Origin: a phage | Strand: one strand, 5' to 3' | Length of the DNA stretch: 64,000 nt | Sequence record: OZ346228.1 | In this document: in pieces, positions 56,725 to 64,000 of the stretch | Layout of the letters: each line of letters begins with the position of its first letter | Position numbering within the stretch: position 1 is the first letter of the stretch | Notes under the pieces: generated by a model | The model's input: the letters and a program-made list of their open reading frames with translations, nothing else | Database searches by the model: none | What the model was told of the DNA's origin: nothing | Position numbers and translations under genes: made by a program

Positions 56725-57030
56725 TCATTCTACAGAGCGTTTGAACAGAATGTCTGCCTCAGACATGTGCTCAACCTCTTCTTCGATTTTAGCGCGACGT
56801 TTTTCAGCCTCATAGCGAATATCGAACTCGGTAGCCACCAGAGATTTGATGAATTTAGGAGAATACAGGTGATCCTGCTTCTCAACGAGAATGATATCCT
56901 TAATGGCATCTTTCAGATCTTTAATCTGAAGTTGGAGTTCTACCAGTTCTTCGATTGTTTTGCGAAGGCGATCACGCTCTGCAGTGTCAGAAGGAAGAGA
57001 GGTGAACAGTTCAACTTTAGATTTAGCCAT
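56725..57030 (-). CDS. hypothetical coiled-coil protein
   Basis: 101 aa; AAGGAGA RBS; heptad-like pattern. Confidence 0.5.
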   Translation of the reverse strand: MAKSKVELFTSLPSDTAERDRLRKTIEELVELQLQIKDLKDAIKDIILVEKQDHLYSPKFIKSLVATEFDIRYEAEKRRAKIEEEVEHMSEADILFKRSVE

Positions 57031-57058
57031 AGTAAGAGTCTCCTTATGTTGTTTTAAA

Positions 57059-57310
57059 TTAACGTTCTACAAAAATACCGTTCAGTTCAATAACCAGGAA
57101 TTTCTGGTCTTCACTATCGTCTCGTGCCAGCACCTCACAGACGTATCGGTCATCCCCATCATCATCGCAGTCAAATACAAGACTGAGGACTTTATCATGG
57201 TAAACCTTCGCCACTACCGCCTCGTAAGTATTGCCGATTGTGAATCCAAGATAATCTCCGATGCATTTGACAACAACATGGTCTCCAGCATTTAAGTCAA
57301 TCTTCGTCAT
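57059..57310 (-). CDS. hypothetical protein
   Basis: Start at internal ATG (MTKIDLNAGDHVVV...) preceded by AAGGAG; the track start at 57376 is further upstream. Confidence 0.45.
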   Translation of the reverse strand: MTKIDLNAGDHVVVKCIGDYLGFTIGNTYEAVVAKVYHDKVLSLVFDCDDDGDDRYVCEVLARDDSEDQKFLVIELNGIFVER

Positions 57311-57465
57311 TACTGCGCTCCTTGGGTAATAATACTGTATGTAAAACTTTAACCAGAGATGTGAATAACGCCCCAAAACACACCGATAGCGCTAAAACAG
57401 ACAAGGCCATCATTAAAGCTTCAGTAAAATCAGTCATTCCTCACCTCTTGTTAGCCACTATACTA

Positions 57466-57729
57466 TCATTTATCCTTTTCGTCAAGAACTTTTTTAAATC
57501 TTTCAGGGATATCTCCCGTTCTTAGATAGTTCATGACCTCGCAAGGTTCCCACTTGAATTTCTTACAGAGCAGGGCGGCTGAGATTGTTTCATTGCGAAA
57601 AGAAAGGATATTAATATCCCACTCTGAGAACCCCAACTTCCGAAGGGTAGCTACAGAAATCCTCACCGCAACCCAGCAGCAAAAACATGCAACAAACGCC
57701 ACTGCTACAACCCACATCAGGATGTTCAT
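57466..57729 (-). CDS. hypothetical membrane protein
   Basis: 87 aa; N-terminal hydrophobic helix (ILMWVVAVAFVACFCCWVAV). Confidence 0.45.
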   Translation of the reverse strand: MNILMWVVAVAFVACFCCWVAVRISVATLRKLGFSEWDINILSFRNETISAALLCKKFKWEPCEVMNYLRTGDIPERFKKVLDEKDK

Positions 57730-57818
57730 ATAAGCACCTTACTGAAATACAAGACACAGTGTTAAGGTTACTGACCAGCAAATAATTAGCAGGACCATTG
57801 CAACCTTGGCAAGATTTA

Positions 57819-58106
57819 TCATAGTGCCTCTAAGATTTCATATCCTTCAGGTCGAAATACAAGCCACTCCGTGGCTCCGTTTGGTCGATACGCTTTATAC
57901 AGAACAACCTGATCTCGGCACATGCACATGGCTACATAGTTTTCATCCACACCTGCAGCCTGCATTGCATCTTCTTCTCCGGCAACTGCTTTGCTTACAA
58001 CTTCCTTGGTAGGTAGGTGTGCGATCAGCTCGTCACCATCATTAATTCCAAAATGACTGAGTTCTCCATTGGTATCTTTAATCTTAATCTTAACCAGATC
58101 TTTCAT
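57819..58106 (-). CDS. small acidic protein (paralog family)
   Basis: 95 aa; MK..KIKIKD start and acidic EILEAL end. Confidence 0.45.
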   Translation of the reverse strand: MKDLVKIKIKDTNGELSHFGINDGDELIAHLPTKEVVSKAVAGEEDAMQAAGVDENYVAMCMCRDQVVLYKAYRPNGATEWLVFRPEGYEILEAL

Positions 58107-58435
58107 TAGTCTTTCTCCAGGTTCAAAGGTCCTAAGATTTCATATGCCAGATTAGAAGTTACCAGAGGGTCTTCTGCATCTTTAGTATTGTACCACCCGT
58201 GAATAACCAGAGTCCCACTTTGTTTCATATCCAACTGGAACTGTTCTGCAGTTTCCTCATCCAGCTCCAAGATTTCCATAAGGTATTTGATGTTAGGAAG
58301 GTATGCAGCTGTTACAGTTCCCTCCACCAAACCTTCGGGCCAACCTACATCCGGATGACAAGTAGGAACCAGGTTGGTCAACTTAATGGTGTACGCTTTT
58401 TCTGCACGAGCCTTCAGTAACGGGTCAATCTTCAT
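58106..58435 (-). CDS. small acidic protein
   Basis: 109 aa; start overlaps upstream stop. Confidence 0.45.
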   Translation of the reverse strand: MKIDPLLKARAEKAYTIKLTNLVPTCHPDVGWPEGLVEGTVTAAYLPNIKYLMEILELDEETAEQFQLDMKQSGTLVIHGWYNTKDAEDPLVTSNLAYEILGPLNLEKD

Positions 58436-58785
58436 TATTCGTCCTCCTCTTCGGTGCCTGCTTCCAGTAATAAGTTAAGAATATCTTCTGCACAAGGCTC
58501 ATAGAACTCTTGGCCTTCATTATCGATGATTTTGTAGTCATCTCCACGAATAATCAGGGGATCACTCTCAAAATTATCGAGACCTTTAACAACGACAACA
58601 CGATCGATTGCCATCATTGTAAGAACTTTATCGACATCTTCCTCTGCTACACCATACTGCAGCAGAATGTCTTTGGTAGGAGGAACAGCATCCACCACAA
58701 CGCCGTTACCAAAACCTTCTGGAAGTTTAGCTAAAATATCTTCCGGAACCACATTCACATCAAAACCGGTAATTTCTACTTTCAT
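58435..58785 (-). CDS. small acidic protein (paralog family)
   Basis: 116 aa; MKVEITGFD start; poly-Glu C-terminus. Confidence 0.45.
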   Translation of the reverse strand: MKVEITGFDVNVVPEDILAKLPEGFGNGVVVDAVPPTKDILLQYGVAEEDVDKVLTMMAIDRVVVVKGLDNFESDPLIIRGDDYKIIDNEGQEFYEPCAEDILNLLLEAGTEEEDE

Positions 58786-59046
58786 TTACAGCACCTCTTC
58801 GTCAACTACTTCATAAAAATGGCCTGGGATTGCAATAGCGTTCTCACCTTCACCTGCAAACACAGTTCCGTCAAGAATCAACATCATAAGAATTTCTGTA
58901 ATATCCTCTTCCGGAACGTTGCCAAAACCTTTAATCAGCTCGTAGGTTGGAATATTTACATCTAAGATGTCACCATCTTTAGAACGGAAATCAACACCGT
59001 CCTGAATCTCTGCCGTTTCAAGGTTTTTCAATTTAATCTTCATCAA
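58786..59046 (-). CDS. small acidic protein (paralog family)
   Basis: 86 aa; MMKIKLKNLE start; YEVVDEEVL end. Confidence 0.45.
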   Translation of the reverse strand: MMKIKLKNLETAEIQDGVDFRSKDGDILDVNIPTYELIKGFGNVPEEDITEILMMLILDGTVFAGEGENAIAIPGHFYEVVDEEVL

Positions 59047-59122
59047 TCGGTCTCCTGTCTTGTTAAGATGAAGGTATTATTTCACACAGGGTTGGCGTTG
59101 TCAACACCTGTGTGCAAGAAAA

Positions 59123-59518
59123 TTACTGAAACAGTGCGGATAAATTACCTTCTGGTGGGAACTTATCTGCCAAAAACGGTGTTAGCACAGTAGCCTTCTG
59201 AAGATCTGGGGTCCACTCGTTGTTCAGAACATCCCAGTAGTACGCAATGTTGCTGTGTGGGTGCCGCATTACGAACTTTTTCCCTTCGTAGTCGTCTGAA
59301 ACCTCTACAGAAGAAATAACAACAGAATCTTCAAGGGTTTCTTCATAGAAAGATCCCCCTTCAAATTTCCAACGAGATGCAAGAGCCCCTGCCTTGAACG
59401 CTGCAGATAACGGACTGTCGGCAAGAACATACATTTCTTGCACTCTGTCGCTGCGATCTTTGCTTCTTACGTTGTATACAGTATCTGAGCTATACTCAAC
59501 ACGGTATAGGCTTACCAT
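59123..59518 (-). CDS. hypothetical protein, paralog of 61330-61728
   Basis: 131 aa; FVMRHPHSNIAYYWDVLNNEWTP matches FVIVHPDSRVKHYWNSRTKTWTP in the other ORF. Confidence 0.5.
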   Translation of the reverse strand: MVSLYRVEYSSDTVYNVRSKDRSDRVQEMYVLADSPLSAAFKAGALASRWKFEGGSFYEETLEDSVVISSVEVSDDYEGKKFVMRHPHSNIAYYWDVLNNEWTPDLQKATVLTPFLADKFPPEGNLSALFQ

Positions 59519-59850
59519 TACCGCACCTCCTCAATAACTTCCACATCTGAACCTACCACAAATGCAAAAGGACAGGTTTCATGAAAGACATCTGGATCGC
59601 CGCCAAGCTTGCTAACAATCTCTCCACCACTAATAAACACAAGCTCACCGATATTCATCAGATTGCTGAAATAGTACCCATAATGATTAAAGAATGCAGC
59701 AGGGTCAGGTAGACTGGTAGCCTCAAGCACTACATCGGTTGAGGTTACTTTCTTATCATAACCTCTCGCCTTTTGAGATGCAAGATCTGCAGAATCCTCA
59801 GGAGACCGGAGATGCACAGGAATTGTTTCACCAATAAAGCGTACTTTCAT
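59518..59850 (-). CDS. small acidic protein (paralog family)
   Basis: Start at ATG (MKVRFIGE...) 4 nt after the upstream stop; the track start 59877 is TTG; ends VGSDVEVIEEVR. Confidence 0.45.
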   Translation of the reverse strand: MKVRFIGETIPVHLRSPEDSADLASQKARGYDKKVTSTDVVLEATSLPDPAAFFNHYGYYFSNLMNIGELVFISGGEIVSKLGGDPDVFHETCPFAFVVGSDVEVIEEVR

Positions 59851-59854
59851 ATTA

Positions 59855-60118
59855 TCACCCAACAACCATAGCTTCAAAAGGAGTCATGAACGAATAAACG
59901 GCATCATCATCTGCTTCAGGGAATGCTCCCAAAGACTTCATATCTGAACCCTTGACAAATACAAGGTTTTGATCAAAGGCTTCTTGGGGGTCAATCCGAT
60001 ACATATTTCGTAGAATATCGCTTACCTCCTCATCAAGAGGTGAGTATGCTGTGCACGTTTTTCCGATCAAGCTTTGAGAATCAGGGTATCCACCTGAAGT
60101 TTTAAAATAAACAATCAT
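59855..60118 (-). CDS. hypothetical small protein
   Basis: 87-aa ORF. Confidence 0.45.
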   Translation of the reverse strand: MIVYFKTSGGYPDSQSLIGKTCTAYSPLDEEVSDILRNMYRIDPQEAFDQNLVFVKGSDMKSLGAFPEADDDAVYSFMTPFEAMVVG

Positions 60119-60209
60119 ATAGTATCACCTCTGGTAAGAGATTGGGATTCCTTTCCCACAAATAATTACAAATCTTCCTTATCGAGGAAGTATGCTAATC
60201 CAAGCAGGA

Positions 60210-60479
60210 TTATTCCTCTACAATCTCATACACATCAGGAGTTACAATCAACTCTTCTCCGTTACCCGGTGCAACAAACACCACCAAACCTTCAGGTGTG
60301 TGCTTTTTAGCCATCTCGATAACATCTTCTCGCAGAGCTGGCTCCATCAGATCAAAACCTTCACCCAGGGCATCACGAACCACCTTCATATAGTCAACTG
60401 GTTGTGCTTCAACAATCATGCCTTCAACCAGTCCACAGTTTTTGTCTGCCAGCTCAGTTTTGAATAATTTAATTTTCAT
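60210..60479 (-). CDS. small acidic protein (paralog family)
   Basis: 89 aa; MKIKLFKTELAD start; TPDVYEIVEE end. Confidence 0.45.
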   Translation of the reverse strand: MKIKLFKTELADKNCGLVEGMIVEAQPVDYMKVVRDALGEGFDLMEPALREDVIEMAKKHTPEGLVVFVAPGNGEELIVTPDVYEIVEE

Positions 60480-60616
60480 TTAGAGGTCTCCTCAATTATT
60501 TGATATTAATAGCCGTAACCTAACACATTAACTACAACTGCGATTGCAAACATAATTTCAAAGCATGCAATCTCTACATTTGGGACTAATTTCTTAATCA
60601 CACCCATTGTAGCACC

Positions 60617-60937
60617 TCATTCTCCAAAGTCAATCTTTACTTTGCCTTTCCCCTTACCTTTCTTTCCACCGCATTTAGCCAGCTGACGTGCTGCAACATC
60701 TACCATACGGTCAGTTGCCTCGTAAGCATCACTGCCTTTAGCCTTGGCAATAACTTCTTTTCCAGAATTGTCAAAAATGAACGCCATAACTTCCTGGTGA
60801 TCATTTTCAACTTTTACACTTACACGTGCATAGTTAACAGAGGGATGTAAACGCTCCAGCTTGGACATTTTGCGGGAAATAAAAGATACCATACCTTCTG
60901 TGATTTCTACATTGTTGCCAGTGATTTCAATTTGCAT
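60617..60937 (-). CDS. hpf: ribosome hibernation promoting factor / RaiA-like protein
   Basis: 106 aa; MQIEITGNNVEITEG...KLER...VKVE...GSDAYEATDRMVDVAARQLAK aligns along its length with bacterial HPF/YfiA (MQLNITGNNVEITEA...KLE...LKVEK...GQDMYAAIDGLIDKLARQL); Lys/Gly-rich tail. Confidence 0.75.
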   Translation of the reverse strand: MQIEITGNNVEITEGMVSFISRKMSKLERLHPSVNYARVSVKVENDHQEVMAFIFDNSGKEVIAKAKGSDAYEATDRMVDVAARQLAKCGGKKGKGKGKVKIDFGE

Positions 60938-61021
60938 AACGTGTTCCTTTTAAGGAAGAGGGAATAACTATCTCTCTTTGAAAACAATGATACTAAATCT
61001 GAAGCGTTGTGTCAACAGTTT

Positions 61022-61312
61022 TTACAGCTTGTTGTCGATAGTTTTTAAAATATCCACAGCAAGATCTGCCATTTTTCGAACATACTCTGCAAACTCAACA
61101 GGATCCTTGATCAAAGAATTCACAGGGTCGTACCCTAGAGCGTTTAAAATGGCTGCAGCATCTACAACCTTCTCATCATTTGCGAAGATCTCTCCGTCAA
61201 ACTTGTAGGTCCATTTTGAGTCAACCTTAGCAGAGCAGGGTTTGTCCATGCTTGTTACACCATCGTCTTTAAACTCTCCTGCGTTATCAATATTTAGAAT
61301 TAAATCCATCAT
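61022..61312 (-). CDS. hypothetical protein
   Basis: 96-aa ORF. Confidence 0.45.
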   Translation of the reverse strand: MMDLILNIDNAGEFKDDGVTSMDKPCSAKVDSKWTYKFDGEIFANDEKVVDAAAILNALGYDPVNSLIKDPVEFAEYVRKMADLAVDILKTIDNKL

Positions 61313-61329
61313 GGTGACACCTCACTGTT

Positions 61330-61728
61330 TCAGTTTAGCTTTTCTTCAACAACCCCATAACTTGGGGCAGAGTCAAGAGCTTTCTGGTTTAAAAGTGGCG
61401 TAGCAGAATCTGCAAACGGTGTCCAAGTTTTTGTTCTGGAATTCCAGTAATGCTTCACTCTGGAATCTGGATGCACTATAACAAAAACTTTTTCACTTGT
61501 CAACACATTAATTTCTTCTACACCCTTGCTGATAATTTCTCCGTCATAGCCCCCAGTCTGGTATCCTTCGTACCAGGTTCTTGCATAGGCATAGCCAGCC
61601 TGCCAGCATGCAGCCTCCTCCGAGGTGGAGACTACGTAGAAGTCTTTCTCAAATTCCGGAATACGCCCTTGCTTTACGCTCCAAGCTCCGCGAATTTTCA
61701 TTGTTACTTTGAAAAGCTTGTTCTTCAT
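61330..61728 (-). CDS. hypothetical protein, paralog of 59123-59518
   Basis: 132 aa; shared HP.S...YW.....WTP segment. Confidence 0.5.
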   Translation of the reverse strand: MKNKLFKVTMKIRGAWSVKQGRIPEFEKDFYVVSTSEEAACWQAGYAYARTWYEGYQTGGYDGEIISKGVEEINVLTSEKVFVIVHPDSRVKHYWNSRTKTWTPFADSATPLLNQKALDSAPSYGVVEEKLN

Positions 61729-61729
61729 A

Positions 61730-61984
61730 CTACCGCTCTACAATCTCTACGTCTGTTCCTACACCGAAGGCATAGTAATGTTCTTCCCCAAAGTAATACT
61801 TGGGGACACCCGCTTTGATCAGATCTAACCCGCGAATAAATACCACACCGTGTGATACAGTGGAATGCTTCTGACGCACAGGATCGTTGTCAGGCAACCA
61901 TTCAAAGTACACCGCAGGTACAACCTTTCCCTTCAGGAAGGATTGTCCCAAGTAGACGTTAGAATCAAGAATTTTAACCTTCAT
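61730..61984 (-). CDS. small acidic protein (paralog family)
   Basis: 84 aa; MKVKILDSNVYLGQ start; GVGTDVEIVER end. Confidence 0.45.
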   Translation of the reverse strand: MKVKILDSNVYLGQSFLKGKVVPAVYFEWLPDNDPVRQKHSTVSHGVVFIRGLDLIKAGVPKYYFGEEHYYAFGVGTDVEIVER

Positions 61985-62201
61985 TCTCGTCCTCCACTAT
62001 CTCTGCATCCTCACCAAGGGCAAAGTTGTAGGTCCACTGGCTGTCAAAGCAGTCTTGAGATGCACCAGCGGCAATAAGATCTGCACCTTTTATTTTTAAA
62101 AGGTCAGGATAATCTTCGTTAGGGATAGCGGTAAACACTTTCCCCACTAAGGGCTCCTGACCAATATAGAAGCTTGAATCTAAAACTTTAACTTTCATCA
62201 A
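61974..62201 (-). CDS. small acidic protein (paralog family)
   Basis: 75 aa; MMKVKVLDSSFYIGQ start; EDAEIVEDENEG end. Confidence 0.45.
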   Translation of the reverse strand: MMKVKVLDSSFYIGQEPLVGKVFTAIPNEDYPDLLKIKGADLIAAGASQDCFDSQWTYNFALGEDAEIVEDENEG

Positions 62202-62485
62202 CGGTCTCCCTCAGGCGGTTGTGGGACGTAAACACTGTTACGAATATCGTCAGCAGTGTAGTAATAAGTGGTTCCAACCCTATCTCGGGCTGCAATGTAC
62301 TCTGCTATACCAACAAGTGCCATTGATTTGGTGGCGTATCTTCCCCACTCGTTAGCTCCCCAGTAGAATTTAGACCAGTAGGGAATAAGACCGAACAAAT
62401 ATACCTTTTGACGAACTTCCCAGTAAGTGCCTTTTCCGACAAGTTTAAACTCTACTTCACTACTGTTAATCTTTTTCATTATCAA
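62198..62485 (-). CDS. hypothetical protein
   Basis: 95-aa ORF, 4-nt overlaps on both sides. Confidence 0.45.
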   Translation of the reverse strand: MIMKKINSSEVEFKLVGKGTYWEVRQKVYLFGLIPYWSKFYWGANEWGRYATKSMALVGIAEYIAARDRVGTTYYYTADDIRNSVYVPQPPEGDR

Positions 62486-62778
62486 TCTCCCTCTACCGTG
62501 GTCGGATTGTCAGTAAGAAATTGAGCATTGGCTGGAGGCACGCCTGACATTTTCCACACAACCATAAGTTTATAACCAGGCACTCTATTAAGTGCAGATC
62601 GAGTAGAGTTTGTGCACGTATACTTTCGCTTTCCAAACCCGTTCTCCATCATAATCCAGTACCCAGTATCTTTGTCACCAGGTATCGGTAGACCACCTTC
62701 ATCAACCCACTGAATTGACCACGGCACGATGGCTACAGCTTTATATTTAAACTTTTTAAACCACTCAAAAAGTTTCAT
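62482..62778 (-). CDS. hypothetical protein
   Basis: 98-aa ORF. Confidence 0.45.
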   Translation of the reverse strand: MKLFEWFKKFKYKAVAIVPWSIQWVDEGGLPIPGDKDTGYWIMMENGFGKRKYTCTNSTRSALNRVPGYKLMVVWKMSGVPPANAQFLTDNPTTVEGD

Positions 62779-63078
62779 AATTCAGCCCCGCATAGACATA
62801 ATCACTATAAATAGGCAAACAATGAATCCGAATGCCACGCCACCCATAAACGTTAATATTGATGCAATCATAGTCAATCAGCCTCGCCTGGCAACTCTTC
62901 TACCTTAACATGCCGAAAAGTGTTACCGTAATGGTTGATCCATGACATCAGCTCACTTTCTTGCTCTTCCTCTGGGATGAACTCTCGAATACTGACAAGT
63001 TTTAAGAAAACCTAATCACAATCTGCACCCATTCTACCAGACAGACAATAGTGCTTCATAAAAACCCTCCCGCCCGGT

Positions 63079-63273
63079 TTAGAATATTGCTTCTTCCATT
63101 GCGCCTGAGAGCAACAAAGAGGTGATCTGGCTAACATTCATCTCAGACTCTACTTCCTCCCCTTTGAAAGGTTCGCGGCAGAATAGGACTGTTTCAGGAC
63201 TTTTACTTCGAACAATATAATACAAATCATTCAATGTGTTGTAGTAATAAGTGTTAAAACGTAAGTTTTTCAT
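63079..63273 (-). CDS. hypothetical small protein
   Basis: 64-aa ORF overlapping upstream stop. Confidence 0.4.
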   Translation of the reverse strand: MKNLRFNTYYYNTLNDLYYIVRSKSPETVLFCREPFKGEEVESEMNVSQITSLLLSGAMEEAIF

Positions 63274-63557
63274 TTTCTAGTCCTCTTCTTAGATTTTTGG
63301 GGAGAAACGCTTTCTGCAATACGAGACAGACGTTCTTCTGAAGCCTTACCTACTCCAGGTTTTTTGAGTGGATTATCTTTATGACCACAATCCAACTGGA
63401 TATTGGATACCTCTCCAACTTTGTAAGTCAATTCTAGCAAAAGGTTGTCGTCCTTGTCAAATGTTTTTACGATAAATTTTTTATCGTTCTCCTGAACTTC
63501 ATATCTGGTACCTGCAGTATACAGCATGGTGCCATCAGCATAGGATATCCAGATCAT
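63270..63557 (-). CDS. hypothetical protein with basic C-terminus
   Basis: 95 aa; C-terminal KSKKRTRK. Confidence 0.45.
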   Translation of the reverse strand: MIWISYADGTMLYTAGTRYEVQENDKKFIVKTFDKDDNLLLELTYKVGEVSNIQLDCGHKDNPLKKPGVGKASEERLSRIAESVSPQKSKKRTRK

Positions 63558-63901
63558 TGAGCCTCCTTTTGCTGCAACAGCATTAACTCTTTGTTAGAGA
63601 TCTTTACTGCTGTTTTTATTGTTCCATCTTCACGAAACCACGACCAGAACTCTACAGTGTCACCACTATCAAGTAAAGCATGCCCATGGTAAAAATCTTT
63701 GTCCTTAGACAGTTTCTCATCTATATCTGCATCAACACATTCGTGATCCAGAGCATTTTGCCTGAACGCATCGGTTATGCCAATGCACGCCTTGCTCTCA
63801 AGACTGGTATATCCGATATCTTTTAATTCAGTTTCCCAAGTCCAGTACCCTATAAAAGCTAAAACAGCTACCCACAGTAATAACGTTTTAATCTTTGGCA
63901 T
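63554..63901 (-). CDS. hypothetical secreted/membrane-anchored protein
   Basis: 115 aa; N-terminal hydrophobic signal/anchor (LLLWVAVLAFIGYWTW). Confidence 0.5.
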   Translation of the reverse strand: MPKIKTLLLWVAVLAFIGYWTWETELKDIGYTSLESKACIGITDAFRQNALDHECVDADIDEKLSKDKDFYHGHALLDSGDTVEFWSWFREDGTIKTAVKISNKELMLLQQKEAQ

Positions 63902-64000
63902 TCTCTCTACCTCTTTCTTAGTTTATTTCACTATGGCACATCCTTTGTGCCATATCTCAACTACTACTTAAATAGTAGTTCAAAATAGTGCAAAATTAAC

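Overview
This 64 kb window is a gene-dense segment of a tailed dsDNA bacteriophage genome, with sigma70-type promoters, Shine-Dalgarno sites and hairpin/T-tract terminators suggesting a Gram-negative host. All calls rest on reading the ORF translations and the sequence by eye; no database search was run. Layout: (1) 1-13950, + strand, tail/baseplate module with two paralogous tail fibres, a lambda-Tfa-like chaperone and an 1878-aa protein with a Big_2-like domain; (2) 13996-21033, - strand, small genes including a HAD phosphatase, four tandem paralogs and a VWA/HExxH protein; (3) 21110-45100, + strand, replication and DNA-metabolism module: MoxR-like ATPase, SleB-like hydrolase, GHKL ATPase, Pif1-like helicase, two DNA methyltransferases, T7 gp4-like primase-helicase, family-A DNA polymerase, SSB, macrodomain protein; (4) 45100-46300, repeat-rich non-coding block; (5) 46300-52940, + strand, small early-type genes each with its own promoter; (6) 52940-55125, about 2.2 kb non-coding repeat region where transcription converges; (7) 55126-63901, - strand, small genes including an HPF/RaiA homolog. 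Main findings: the polymerase gene is split at motif C by a group I intron carrying an HNH endonuclease; the phage encodes a ribosome hibernation factor and a TARG1-like macrodomain; several repeat families and small-protein paralog families are present. No tRNA or CRISPR array was seen. Coordinates I derived myself (small ORFs, repeats, promoters) may be off by 1-2 nt.
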